Source: Eledone cirrhosa (lineage: Eukaryota). Taken from it: a DNA stretch of 64,000 nt. The notes below the pieces were generated by a model. That model was given only the letters and a program-made list of their open reading frames with translations. It made no database searches and was not told the DNA's origin. How positions within the stretch are numbered: position 1 is the first letter of the stretch; every line of letters begins with the position of its first letter. Shown in pieces: positions 1 to 12,533 of the stretch. Both the position numbers and the translations under genes were made by a program. Location: assembly GCA_964016885.1 (NCBI GenBank), contig OZ024747.1, forward strand, positions 21,080,001 through 21,144,000, given 5' to 3'.

Positions 1-447
1 ACCACCATCACCACCACCACTGCCACCACCACCATCACCACCACCACTGCCACCACCACCATCACCACCACCACTGCCATCACCACCACCACTGCCATCA
101 CCACCATCACCACCATCACCACCATCACCACCACCACTGCCATCACCACCACCACTGCCATCACCACCACCATCACCACCATCACCACCATCACCACCAC
201 CACCGCCATCACCACCACCACCACCATCACCACCACCACTGCCACCACTGCCATCACCACCACCATCACCACCACCACTGCCATCACCACCACCACCACC
301 ATCACCACCACCATCACCACCATCACCACCATCACCACCACCACCACCACCACCACCATCACCACCACCACCACCATCATCACCACCACCACTGCCATCA
401 CCACCACCACTGCCATCACCACCACCATCACCACCCACCATCACCAT
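1..447. repeat. (CAC/CAT/CTG) trinucleotide-based simple repeat
   Basis: Continuous accaccatcaccaccactgcc-type triplet array running off the window start. Confidence 0.95.
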
Positions 448-825
448 CAACAAAACTCAAAATATTCAAAAATTAACCAATCAAACATTGTTTGCATACA
501 CATACATGTGTTTGTATGCATATATCTATGTGTATGCATGTATGTTTATGTATATTTGTGTGATGGTGTGTATATTTGTGTATGTGTGTGTATATTTGTG
601 TGTACACAATCTAAATGTGTTTGTGTGCATGGATGATGTATGTGTTTGTGTGTAATTTTCTATGTATGTATATATGTGTTTGTGTGTATGTGTGTGCACA
701 GATATATATGTGGATGTGTTTGTGTGTGTGTATATATATGTATGTTTTTATATATGTAGGTTTGTATATATGTCGGCAAGCTGAAAAAAATCTATAATTT
801 ATTTGTTTAGAAAGAAGAAACTGTA

Positions 826-894
<69 letters not shown>

Positions 895-1293
895 GTTTCG
901 AATACAATTATCTACGGCTGTTATGTTGCGTTTTACATACATACAGTTTATAATATATATTTACATATGCATATACATATATTCCTGTATGCACATAAAT
1001 ATATACATACACACATACAAATAAATATACATACGTATATGCATGCATGAATATATGTATAACATATAAAGAGAGAGAGAGTGAGATGCAACTTATATAC
1101 ATGCATATATTCATAGATATATTCAAGTTTGCATATACCTATATATGTACATACATGATGCCTATATACACCACCACCATATATATACTGTATATATATA
1201 TATAAAACTTTTTTTCCTGTTTCCAATATAAAGCGTGAAACTAATAAGACTTTTTGTACCTGTTTGTTGTCTCCTTGAATATATACACACACA

Positions 1294-1347
<54 letters not shown>

Positions 1348-1458
1348 TAAGAGGAATTCCAACTTTGTCTGATTTACTCGTTTTATTTACAATCTTTAAA
1401 ATTTATAATGGTATTATAATGAAATAGTATGGTAGAATATTAAATGTTAAGTGTTAAT

Positions 1459-1497
1459 TGAACAAGTACTTTCATGCTTTCGCAATCTTCAGGTTCA
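1459..1497 (-). ncRNA. Minimal type I hammerhead ribozyme (inverted copy of 1571-1609)
   Basis: Reverse complement reads tgaac CTGAAGA t tgc gaaa gca t GAAA gtac TT gttca. Confidence 0.8.
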
Positions 1498-1570
1498 TAA
1501 TGTGTGGTGACAGTCAAGTTTGCAATTTTCAACAGTTGAAATTTGCAAACTTGACTGTCACCACAGAATA

Positions 1571-1609
1571 TGAACCTGAAGATTGCGAAAGCATGAAAGT
1601 ACTTGTTCA
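1571..1609 (+). ncRNA. Minimal type I hammerhead ribozyme
   Basis: Stem I tgaac/gttca, core CUGAAGA, stem II tgc-gaaa-gca, GAAA, palindromic stem III agtact, cleavage triplet CUU. Confidence 0.8.
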
Positions 1610-1786
1610 ATTAACACTTAACATTTAATATTCTATCATACTATTTCATTATAATACCATTATAAATTTTAAAGATTGTAAATAAAACGAGTAAATCAGA
1701 CAAAGTTGGAATTCCTCTTATTAATATAATCTTCTATACACAATCATACACACCCATGTATATTTATCTATCTATCTATATATATA

Positions 1787-1863
<77 letters not shown>

Positions 1864-1954
1864 AGTTCGACAACAGTTAGTTTACCATACCGTGAACAAA
1901 TGTTTCATCTTATGTGGATCTTCAACTTCTTCAAATGCTTAGAAAGTTCACTAG

Positions 1955-2670
1955 AAACAGTTGATAGCTTTTGCTACATTGATGACCTCATAAGCTCTGA
2001 AACACAATAGGCAGGGTAAAAACAGAATGCTAGGAGTTCAATTATTGCCTATTTTTGCTGACAATAAGGGCTTCTCTCTGAGAGTAAAGGGCAGATTATA
2101 CGATGCTTCATTCTAAACTGCTATGCTGGAAAAAATAAAGAATTCATGCTGTGTTTGTTGTATAATATTAGTGTGCATAAACAACTGAAAAAACTGAATA
2201 CAACATGAATCAGATGTTGTGTGTAAGAGAGGTGATGCAATTCATATAGATAATGGCAGTTGTATAAAGGAGAACTACACATTTGAAGATGGAAGCTGTG
2301 AAAGGGGTAGACCATGGAGGATATAGATTGAAGTGGTAAAAACTAACTTCAAGAATGTGAATCTCATAAAGAATATGACAGTTACAAAAACTACATGTGG
2401 AGCAGTGTGTTTAGCCTTGCAGTGGACATGACAACTTCTCTAGTGATGGTGCTATGATAAAATTCATCCAGTAAACATCCAGTAAAATGATTGGTATTAC
2501 GCACAGCATCCAGCCATAAGAATTATACCATAAACACAACCTATGAGTGTGAAGTAGTCCATTTGACTGCCCTAGAAGGCAAGCAACACCAAATAAGACT
2601 TGACCCAATCCATAATGACTCATCCAGCCCATGCCAGCATGGAAGACTGACATAAAATGATGACAATGAT
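1955..2670 (+). mobile_element. Highly decayed RTE LINE 3' fragment with 3' UTR
   Basis: DSFCYIDDLIS-like and ...KGFSLRVKGRLYDA-like remnants match the better RTE copies in the window. Ends in the cccatgccagcatggaa...aaatgatgac tail. Confidence 0.7.
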
Positions 2671-2675
2671 TTTTA

Positions 2676-3824
2676 TGTCCCAAATGCAAAGTATGAGTGC
2701 ATAAAAGATGTAGTGGGATCACAGGTAAGCTATCTAAGAACGTAGATTTTATATGTGGCCGGTGCTCAGGTGCAATATGTAGCAAGTGCCCACAGGATAC
2801 TAGCTCCTTCTATTGCCCAGATGGCTCTATAAAAATAGTGGACACCTTCCGTTACCTGGGTGACAAAATCAGCAATGGTGAAGGGTGCTCTGAAAGTACA
2901 GTAGCCAGAGTCAGAACGGGATGGAAAAAGTTCAGAGAGCTTATACCACTATTGGCCACTAAAGGTTTCTCTCTAAAAATGAAAGGCAGACGGTATGATG
3001 CCTGCATTCGAACAGCTATGTTACATGGCAGTGAGACATGGGCATTGTGTGCAGAGGATCTGCACAGACTGGAGAGGAATGAAGCATGCATGCTCCGCTG
3101 GATGTGTAATAGTAATATACGTGAACGGCAAAGCATAAATGAACTAAGTGAGAAATTAGGTATAAGAGGGATCAGATGCTGTTTATTCGAAAGAAGATTG
3201 CGTTGGTATGGTCACGTGATGCACATGAAAGATGACAGCTGTATAAAAAAGTGCAGGGCGATCAAAATTGACGGAAGTTACGTAGTAGGCAGACCCAGAA
3301 AAACCTGGGACGATTTGATAAATTCCGACCTTACACACTTACACCTCTAAGACAATGTCACCTGACCGAGATCTTTGGCACTACACAGTAATACAGGAAA
3401 CCCGCCTTGCCTAAGTACAAAGCGAAGCCTACAGTCAGTAGGCACCTCTTGATCAAATATACGCCCCCCATCCCACTACCCCAACTCCCCACCCCCATCA
3501 ACACCACCCCTTTCTCTGTAAAGTTATGTTGGTACTACAACATCCAGTCCTAAATAAATGAGGTCGTGTAGGTGTCACAACAAAAAAAAAACACACAGTC
3601 CATGCTGTAATGTGGCTGTGTAGGTTACATGGTAAAAACCTTCCAGTCCACACTGTAAATGTGGTTGGTGTTAGGAAGGGCATCCAGCCGTGGAAAACCT
3701 GCCAGACAGTCCTATACGAGCGAGATGACCAATCTTTCCTCAAGTGGGACATTCCCATCTAAACCCATGCTAGCGTGGAAGATAGACGTTACTCGATAAT
3801 GATGATGATGATGATGATGATGAT
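2676..3824 (+). mobile_element. RTE-clade LINE 3' fragment (PHD-like Cys insert, RT C-terminal region, 3' UTR, (GAT)n tail)
   Basis: ORF 2697-3350: HKRCSGI..CGRC, FRYLGD, GWKKFREL, MLHGSETW, RRLRWYGHV, GRPRKTW. 3' stem-loop ccatgctagcgtgg followed by (GAT)n. Confidence 0.9.
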
Positions 3825-4060
3825 ATATCATCACCATCACTTTACATCCATTTTCCAAGTGATGATGATGATGATGATATATCATCAACATCACTTTACA
3901 TCCAATTTCCAAGTTTGCATGGGTTGTATAGGTCATCATGATCCGAGACAAGACTAGGTTGTTTAACCATGTCTTGCTCATAGGTTCCATACTTTGGCAT
4001 GGTTTCTATGGTTGGATGCCCTTCCTAATACCAGCCACATTACAGATTGTACTGAGCAGA
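3825..4060 (-). mobile_element. RTE 3'-UTR-derived repeat, tail-to-tail with the preceding RTE
   Basis: Reverse-complement tail (catcatcac tttacatccattttccaag..gcatgggtt) and ggttggatgcccttcctaataccagccac. About 50 bp is duplicated at the junction. Confidence 0.7.
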
Positions 4061-4064
4061 TTTT

Positions 4065-4106
<42 letters not shown>

Positions 4107-4205
4107 GTGGAATATATTATGGAATATATATATTATATATATTATATATTATGGAATACTGTTGGCTTTTTGCTACAATGTTTTCTATACCTTTCTATAC
4201 CTTTC

Positions 4206-4263
<58 letters not shown>

Positions 4264-4769
4264 ACACATACACTTTACCCTTCTCTCTTTTCACTATTTT
4301 AATTTTGTTGTTGTTGCTGTTAGTATTGATATTGTCTGGTATTCGGTGTTATTTTTTTTATGCAAATGTAAATGATAATAGCAGTGCTACTGATACTATT
4401 TCTGCTGTTGTTCAGCCCAAGCTCACTCTAATCTGTCAGACCTATGATCAAAGATATTCCAACCATTCTGTTGTTGTTGTTTTTTATTATGATGATAGTG
4501 ATGATGTAATATATGATAATGATGGTACTGATAGTGATGATCATGACAGTGGTGGTGGTGGTGGTGGTGGTGGTGGTGATTGTAAGTGCTGGTGGTAGGG
4601 TAATGATGATATTTCTGGTAAATTGTAAATGATGATGGTGATGATGATGATAATGATCGTATACTGAAGCAAAAAAAAAATCTGTTGCTTAATATATTAA
4701 ATATGAAAAAGTGTACTGAAACATTGCTATCCCAATTATATGGGGGCTAGACAGTGGATGGAAAGGAGG

Positions 4770-4975
4770 AAGCATTGCCCTAGAGAATGGTGAGGGAGAC
4801 TTGTTGAAATAGCCACTCCAACTTGCAGGGCTCACTTCTACATGTGACCAACTTCACCCTGACAGTACTAAGTAAGGAGTTGTTCCAGGGACCAAGAATG
4901 CCAAAAGTCTCAAACTCTATAGATTTGATGAAAAGCCTATCAGAGAACAGCCAATATTTCATCAGCTTGTTGAAG
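4770..4975 (-). mobile_element. CRE-like non-LTR retrotransposon, restriction-like endonuclease C-terminal remnant
   Basis: Translation ..KY..DRLFIKSIEFETFGILGPW...LEWLFQQVSLTIL*GNA resembles the P.AVET.G..GP...QR.S.A.QRGNA motif of CRE-clade elements. A homolog lies at 49.6-50 kb. Confidence 0.65.
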
Positions 4976-4994
4976 TATCATTATAAGGATTAAA

Positions 4995-5186
4995 GGGTGG
5001 TGGATTGGCAGTATCGGTAGAGGGTCGGACGTCATGCTTTGACGCATAGAGTTACGGCCCTTTCCATTCTGAGTTCAAATCCCGCCGAGGTTAACTTTGC
5101 CTTTCATCCTTACGGGGTCGATAAAATAAAGTACCAGCAATGTACTGGGTAATTGCTGGCCTTGTGCCAAAAGTAGAAACAATTAT
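4995..5186 (+). mobile_element. tRNA-derived SINE, family A (Meta/MESC-like core), with TSD
   Basis: A box tggcagtatcgg, B box gagttcaaatcc, core gcctttcatccttacggggtcgataaaataaagtaccag. TSD ttataaggatta at 4981-4992 and 5183-5194. Confidence 0.9.
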
Positions 5187-5250
5187 AAGGATTATAGTGC
5201 TGTTGGAGATGATGATGGTGATGATGATGATGATTCTGGTACCATTTTAA

Positions 5251-5405
5251 ATAATTGCTTCTACTGGTACTTTATTTTATCGAACCCGTAAGGATGAAAG
5301 GCAAAGTTTAACCTCGGTGGGATTTGAACTCAGATCAGAAAGGGGCGTAACCTTGCGCTGCAAAGCATAGCGTTCAACCCTTTACCGATACTGCCAATCC
5401 ACCAC
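5251..5405 (-). mobile_element. SINE family A
   Basis: Reverse complement of the family A head and core. Confidence 0.85.
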
Positions 5406-5901
5406 ATTTGCTAATAATGATAATGATGATGATGTTAGTATTTTTATTGTTGTTGTTTAACCCTAGGTTAGTTCAAGGTAAACAGATCAATTATCAAAGA
5501 CATTACAGCCAAGAAAATCATGATTTAAACAGACTCAGTATATCAACGACTATATTATCTACTTTCTTTAAGATGGTGGGAGTGATTGATCTGGAGAAGA
5601 ATAGGTTGCTATTTCTAACAGGTGGGACAACCACATAGAGACTTCCTTGTAAATGATGATAAGCAGGTGATCGTGTTGGTGGTGGCAGTGATGTGGTACT
5701 GCTGCTGTTGCTGTTGCTACTACTACTACTACTACTGTTACTATTAGTGTTTTGTCATTGTTGACTGTCATAATAATGTTACAAATTATTGTGTTGTCAT
5801 GTTTAATTCAAATTGATTTTCTAAAACTTTTTATTTCCAGAGTGGTGGTGGTGGTGGTGGTGGTTGTGGTGGTAGTGGTGGTAGTGGTGGTAGTGGTGGT
5901 A

Positions 5902-6610
5902 GTGGTAATGTTGAGGATTTTAACTGGTGTTGTTGAGTGGTGGTTGTGGTGGTTGTGGTGGTAGTGGTAATGTTGAGGATTTTAACTGGTGTTGTTGAGT
6001 GGTGGTTGTGGTGGTTGTGGTGGTAGTGGTAATGTTGAGGATTTTAACTGGTGTTGTTGAGTGGTGGTTGTGGTGGTTGTGGTGGTTGTGGTGGTAGTGG
6101 TGATGTTGGGGATTTTAACTGGTGTTGTTGAGTGGTGGTTGTGGTGGTTGTGGTGGTAGTGGTAATGTTGAGGATTTTAACTGGTGTTGTTGAGTGGTGG
6201 TTGTGGTGGTTGTGGTGGTAGTGGTAATGTTGAGGATTTTAACTGGTGTTGTTAAGTGGTGGTTGTGGTGGTTGTGGTGGTAGTGGTGATGTTGGGGATT
6301 TTAACTGGTGTTGTTGAGTGGTGGTTGTGGTGGTTGTGGTGGTAGTGGTAATGTTGAGGATTTTAACTGGTGTTGTTGAGTGGTGGTTGTGGTGGTTGTG
6401 GTGGTAGTGGTAATGTTGGGGATTTCAACTGGTGTTGTTGAGTGGTGGTTGTGGTGGTAGTGGTGATGTTGGGGATTTTAACTGGTGTTGTTGAGTGGTG
6501 GTGCTGGTGGTGGTAGTGGTAGTGGTGATGTTGGGGATTTTAACTGGTGGTGGTGGTGGTGGTGTGGTGGTGGTGATGTTGGGGATTTTAACTGGTGTTG
6601 TTGAGAGGTG
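5902..6610. repeat. ~62-bp minisatellite (GTG-rich), ~12 copies
   Basis: Unit gtggtaatgttgaggattttaactggtgttgttgagtggtggttgtggtggttgtggtggta recurs at 5902, 5964, 6026 and onward. Confidence 0.9.
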
Positions 6611-7075
6611 GTGGTGGTGTTAATGATGGGTGTAGTAGTAGTAGTAGTAGTAGTAGTAGCAGCGTTAGTGTGGAGGTGGTGGAGATGGCAGCAGTGGTGG
6701 CATGGGTGGCAATGGTGATATGCAGGCAGGGGAGTAAAGGCAGGGTTGATAGTGGTAGCATTGGTGGTGTATTTAGTTACCATTTCCTACATCTTCCAAC
6801 AAGACAAGGCTATTTCTATCTCCCTATATATTTAAATGTTAGCTCCCTTCTCAATATAGATTTTTATATAGCCTTTATTTTATATCCAGTTTAGTTAGTT
6901 GATTGTTGTATAAAATGTCCTTCTGCTTTGTCTTTGTATGAGTGTATATGTGTGTGAGTATGTATTAAGAGATGTAAGTTATTAAGATAACTGTTTTTAT
7001 CCTTATATATATATATATATAAACATACGCACATTCACACAAAGACGCATATGTATATATATGTATACATATATA

Positions 7076-7149
<74 letters not shown>

Positions 7150-7206
7150 TATATACATACATATATACATACATGAGTGCATATATATATATGTATGAGT
7201 GTATAG

Positions 7207-7273
<67 letters not shown>

Positions 7274-7990
7274 CATATATGTATTTATACATATACATAA
7301 TATATATGTATTTACCTACAGATACATACATGCCTAAACACACATATACATATATACACATATGTGTGTGTGGTCTATATATTTTTTGTATCAATTTTCT
7401 GCTGAATTTCAACGAAGTAAAAAAAAAACAGAAAACAAAAACCAGGGAACAAAACAAAAATGAAATGTTGATAAAAAAATAAACTTCAAGAGTAAAAAAA
7501 AAAGCAATTTTTACAAAGATATTTGGTTAAATGTTTTACTTTTTTTTTATTATTTCAATGATTAAGTCAGATAAATACATTCTTTCATCATTATTTTAAT
7601 CCTTCTATCTTCTATCATCTTTCTTCTTCTTTTCCATTTCTATAATTTTTTCTGTTATATTTCGTTGTAATTTTCATGCTTTAATCTTTGAATTTTAGTT
7701 TCATCCTTTTATTTATTGATTGAATTATTTCATCTATTTGCTTCTTTTTTTTTTCACTTATTCAATTTATTCATTCATTAAATTTAGTTTCATTGTTTAT
7801 TTATTTTGTTTTTTATTTTATATTTTTATTTCCAATCTTTTTTTATTACTTTTTTATTCTTTTTTTTAACTTTTTTATTCTTATTTTTTCTTTTGTAAAT
7901 TCCATCTTTTGATTCAGTCATTCATTGTTCATTTATATACACACCCCCATATATATATTGTATGTGTGTATGTGTGTTTATATATATATA

Positions 7991-8041
<51 letters not shown>

Positions 8042-8099
8042 GCACTCACACACATATATATATCAAATATTTAAAGTATTTAAAGTTGTTTTTCTTTCG

Positions 8100-8510
8100 T
8101 TTTATTTTCTCATCTTACAATTCATTCGTCTCATCATTCTTTCATCCTACCATTCTTTTATTTCACCATTTCATCATTCTTTCATCTTATTTTTCTTTCA
8201 CCCTACCATTCTTTCATTTCATCATTCTTTCATCTTACCATTCTTTCGTCTCATCTTTCTTTCATCTTACCATTGTTTCATCTCATCATTCTTTCATCTT
8301 ATTTTTTCATCCTACCATACTTTATTTCACTGTTCTTTCATCTCAACATTTTTCCTCTTATTTTTCTTTCATCCTTCCTTTCTTTCATTTCACTATTTTC
8401 TCATCTTATTTTCCATTCATCCTACCAGTCTTTCATCCTACCATTCTTTCATCCAATCATTCTTTCATTTCACCACATGTTCATCCTACCATTCATTCAT
8501 CATGTCATTC
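8100..8510. repeat. Degenerate pyrimidine-rich minisatellite (ttcatcctaccattctttca-like)
   Basis: Repeated cattctttcatc(c/t)tac motifs. Confidence 0.75.
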
Positions 8511-8710
8511 TTTGATGAAGGTGAAGGTACATTGTCAAGATTATTTGAAAGTGATCTGAATCAATCCAAAAATTTATTCCTAATAAAATGATTATTTTAT
8601 TTTCTAAATATTTCTTGTGTTTTCTTAACATTTTAATATATATAATAAATATATGTCATACCTGGAAGGTTATAGTATAATCTTCATGGTATGCCATGCA
8701 AATGAAGATA

Positions 8711-9008
8711 TGTGGCTTAATGGCTAGAGTGTTCAAATCCCTATTGTAAACTGTATGATCAATACCCGGATTGACGGCACATTGTGTCCTTGAGCAAGAT
8801 GCTTTATTTCATGCTGGCAAACAAATATGATTTGTATCTGTAATTCAGCCTTGTCACACATTGTGTTCTGCTCAATCTCCCTGACAATTACATTACAGGT
8901 GCACATGTCTGTGGAATGATCAGATGCTCACATGTTAATTTCACAAGCAGGCAGTTCAGTTGATTTAATCAACTGGAACACTCATCATCCGAAATGAAAA
9001 AGGTCCAA
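8711..9008 (+). mobile_element. tRNA-derived SINE family B, decayed
   Basis: tgtggcttaatggctagagtgttc head. Body ccttgtcacac...cacatgttaatttcacaagcaggc...aactggaac is shared with 50170, 51633 and the minus-strand copies. Confidence 0.7.
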
Positions 9009-9161
9009 CAAGAACAACATATAGTTTATCACAAAACTATTGACAGGCTTGTTGAGAAAACTGAACATGGAAAAAAGCTTGTAGAATTATCTTTGTTTTT
9101 CGATTTTTCAATAACAGTCCAAGAGGAAGTTTTTCTCTATTAATTGCATGATTAAATTCAA

Positions 9162-9432
9162 TTAACCATGTCATTACTTCATTTATAATGAAATACACCA
9201 CCTATGTGTTTCAATTTATTTTTCAAAACTAACCAAAAACTTGGAGGAATTTAATAAAATAACTAAGCTGTCTTTTTTTTTTATCAGTAAGCTTATATTT
9301 AGAACATTGTTCAAGACAAAATTCTAAAATAAATGGTGAAAGGTTTTAATATAAGGATAAATATTTTAAAATGGGCAATTTTCTATCATAAATCTAGGTT
9401 GGCTTCAGACAGTTTAGTATCAAAAGAGTTCA
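9162..9432 (-). mobile_element. Decayed TTAA/CCC (piggyBac-type) MITE, family 2
   Basis: Homologous in reverse to 11189-11441 and 48989-49255. Ends ttaacc.../...atcaaaagagtt. Confidence 0.55.
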
Positions 9433-9876
9433 AGTAAGACCTTTCCATATGTGTATTTAGAATGCTGATCACTCCTCTGATGTATTTTTCATCAACTCTA
9501 TTTTTCACACTGATATATTCACTATTTAGACTCTAATAATTATTCAAATTATTTTAAATTTGTTACAATATTTATAAACACAGTATTCTATCAATTATAT
9601 CAGATTTAGAAAAGATACATGACATTTCTGCATGCCTTAAAAAGCAATTAAGTGAGTTGGTGTCAGGAAGGACTTTTAGTTATAAAGCTTTGCCTCAAAA
9701 AATCCCATCCAACCCATGCCAGCATGGAAAAATTACATAAAAGTGATGATGATTCTATGAAAATAATGTTTCCCTAAAAACGATGATGTTTAGCAACACA
9801 CTTCACAACACAGTATTCTGTCATTTATAGATATTACATCTATATTCTAACAAAACAAAGTTTCCCTTTGTCTTAC

Positions 9877-10029
9877 CATATTCAGTAACACCCTCTCCAT
9901 AAACTGAGATGGAAGACTTTTCAAAGATCTTTCGCTGCAGAAATAATATTTATTTAACCCCAAGATTTCTTGGATACTATAGTGTATGTCCACACACAGC
10001 AACTATTGTGTAATTTGGTCAATGAAAAA
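9877..10029 (-). pseudogene. Possible decayed exon (153 nt, phase 1-1)
   Basis: Acceptor ttttcaacag and donor ATG|gtaaga, length divisible by 3. The frame has 3 stops: FH*PNYTIVAVCGHTL*YPRNLGVK*ILFLQRKIFEKSSISVYGEGVTEY. Confidence 0.3.
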
Positions 10030-10259
10030 CTGTTGAAAACTTATTCTTTATTTAATTTATAGTTGTTTTATTTCTTTTCTACTTGTTTTGGGGGGTTTTT
10101 TTAATTCTAAAACATAAATATGGCCTATTTCTATTTTGGGGGAGAATCTAAATGGAATGAATAAGTTCCTTTGTATTCATTTATATTCACTTATGTAGAA
10201 TTTTAATGATGTCATATGGTATTTCTTTCTTTCATGATTATGTACTGCAGATGTACTAT

Positions 10260-10294
<35 letters not shown>

Positions 10295-10318
10295 TATTAT
10301 TTTAGGAGGAGGAAGAAG

Positions 10319-10680
10319 GTGGTGGATTGGTAGTGTTGATAGAGCATTGGTAGAGCATGGTATTATGTTCTGAGTTCAAATCCTGCTGAAGTCAACTTTG
10401 CCTTTTATCCTTCTGGGGTCAATAAACTAAAGTTCCAGTTAAGCACTGAGGCTGATATAATCAAATTTCCCTTATGCCAATGTTAGAAAGAATTATTACT
10501 ATCATTAGGGCAGTGGATTAGCAGAATCATTAGTGCATCAGATGAGATGCTTTGCAGTATTTCATTACAAACTTCTATATACTGAGTTCAAATCCCACCA
10601 AGACCATTTTACTTTTCATCCTTCTGAAGTTGATAAAGTACCCAGAAATTACTGCCTTGTGTCTATATTAGAAATTATTG
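10319..10680 (+). mobile_element. Two tandem decayed family A SINEs
   Basis: Two ctgagttcaaatcc B boxes, each followed by a ctttcatccttc...ataaa core and a gaaa..attatt tail. Confidence 0.75.
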
Positions 10681-11188
10681 TATATACTGTATATATATAT
10701 GTGTGTGTGTGTGTGTATGTGCATATATATATAAAACATCATCATTATATTATAATATATATTTATTTATATTCCTATTCAGATCTATTGATAAGGAATC
10801 TCTTACCATGCTTGATGAAATGAATTATATTTAAGGTGAGTAATTTGTTGTCTTTTAACCAGTACTGATTAGAATTTTTTTTTTTAATTTGCAAAATCTA
10901 TGCTTCATTATATTCATCTCTTCCAACAAAATTTGGATTTTTGTCTATCCTGATACCATGTAAAGAGTCTGCAAGAACCAAACTCAATGGTTGTCTTGAT
11001 TAAATGCGATTGTATTTGTAACTTTGAAATTGTAAAGATATAAAGTGTTTAGAGTACTATTGTAAAAAGCCAAAATAATTTCAATTGAGCAATATATCAT
11101 TGTGTGTATATATAATTCCATAAGCTATAAATATAAAGAATTTATTTCAAGATAACACTTGCCATATATCAACAGTACTTTCACATTT

Positions 11189-11441
11189 TTAACCTATGTT
11201 ACTTTTAACGATTTAATTACCAAACCACTTGAAACCGCCATTGGTTCTATGATGCAAAACAGTTTATTCTAGAGTAATCATATTTTGCTTTAAAAAAAAT
11301 ATATATCCCTTATAGTTTTATGGAAGAACCTCCGTTAAGTTATGTTCCAAACATAAGCTTAATAATGAGCAAGTTATTGAAATCTTTGATTACTTTCAAA
11401 ATTATCTGAAAAACAGTGTTTTTCATTAACAAAAGGGTTAA
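11189..11441 (+). mobile_element. piggyBac-type MITE, family 2
   Basis: ttaacc... to ...aacaaaagggttaa. Internal ggttctatgat...ttatgttccaaaca..gcttaataatga. A partial minus copy lies at ~17915-17978. Confidence 0.65.
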
Positions 11442-11755
11442 AGTTATGGTATGCACTTCACATACAAGAAACCTCTGATACAAAATTTTATCTATTCATT
11501 GAATCTTAACTGATGTTTTAATTATCGATTATGGATACTAATAATACTCATTGCTGTTTTATTGGTGATGCTAGCTTATATGAAATTATTCACCCTATCT
11601 TTCACTGTCTACTATAGTCAATGCACCTTTTCCTATTCAACTACAGCTGATACATCTCTTCCTATACAACTACAACTGATACTTCCAAGTAGCATCTGTA
11701 ATATAGAGTGTACCACACTGAGTGCTGTGTTCTACTCATTATTGCTTATGTCACA

Positions 11756-11945
11756 GGGCGGCAGACTGGCAGTATCAGTAGAGGGTCGGACGCCATGCTT
11801 TCCAGCATAGTTACGTCCCTTTACGATCTGAGTTCAAATCCCGCCGAGGTTGACTTTGCCTTTCATCCTTACAGGGTCGATAAAATAAAGTACCAGTAAT
11901 GCACTGGGATAATTGCTGGCCTTGTGCCTAAAGTAGAAACAATTA
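11756..11945 (+). mobile_element. SINE family A, young copy with 20-bp TSD
   Basis: TSD attattgcttatgtcacagg at 11738-11757 and 11942-11961. Confidence 0.95.
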
Positions 11946-12110
11946 TTGCTTATGTCACAGGTGATTTAGCCTCTCCTATATTTCTTATACATACACAACA
12001 CATGTGACTAAGAATATATATATATATATGTGTACGAATTCCAACCCATGCTAGCAGGGAAAATGGACGTTAAATGATGATGATGACTAGCTTCAAGAGT
12101 TGTAACCAAT

Positions 12111-12533
12111 CATATTGACCCCAGTACTTATTTTTGGTTCAGGTCTGGTATTTAGTCATTTTTGATGATCCTGTGAGAACACACATGAAACTCCAGAGTA
12201 TCACATAGCCATAATAAAGAATATATATAAAGTGTAATAGTTTTCTTGAAGCATTGTGGAATATGAAAATGAAAAGTGGGTATGTTTAGGAAGCCATACA
12301 ATGAAAGTGGGTTAAAATTACCAATGTAAAACATTAGAAAAGAATTGAGAGAGATGAGGTAGAAAGCAAAACATGGGAGAGGAGAGAAAATAAAAGAAAA
12401 AAAATTTCTTGATGATGACTGTAGCCTCAGGAGATTTAGACATTCATATTGACTCTGGTACTTATTTTTGGTTCAAATCTGATAATGATCCTGTGAGAAC
12501 ACATGTGAAACTCCAGAGTATCACTTAGCCATT
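12111..12533. repeat. Local direct duplication of ~90-100 bp (12111-12213 and 12445-12533)
   Basis: catattgac..gtacttatttttggttca...atgatcctgtgagaacaca..tgaaactccagagtatcac.tagccat occurs twice. Confidence 0.85.

Larger units (their letters stand above)
1340..1728. mobile_element. Fold-back palindrome (194-bp arms, 1-nt spacer at 1534); probable inverted pseudo-LTR pair of a Penelope-like element
   Basis: tatattaataagaggaattccaactttg... at 1340 is the reverse complement of ...caaagttggaattcctcttattaatata ending at 1728. I see about 4 mismatches. Each arm carries a hammerhead motif and (TA)n lies on both sides. Confidence 0.8.

Noticed and set aside
9877-10029. Stops in exon-like blocks rescued to Trp by A-to-I editing
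   Set aside because: Nothing in the sequence supports it, and decay or chance is simpler.
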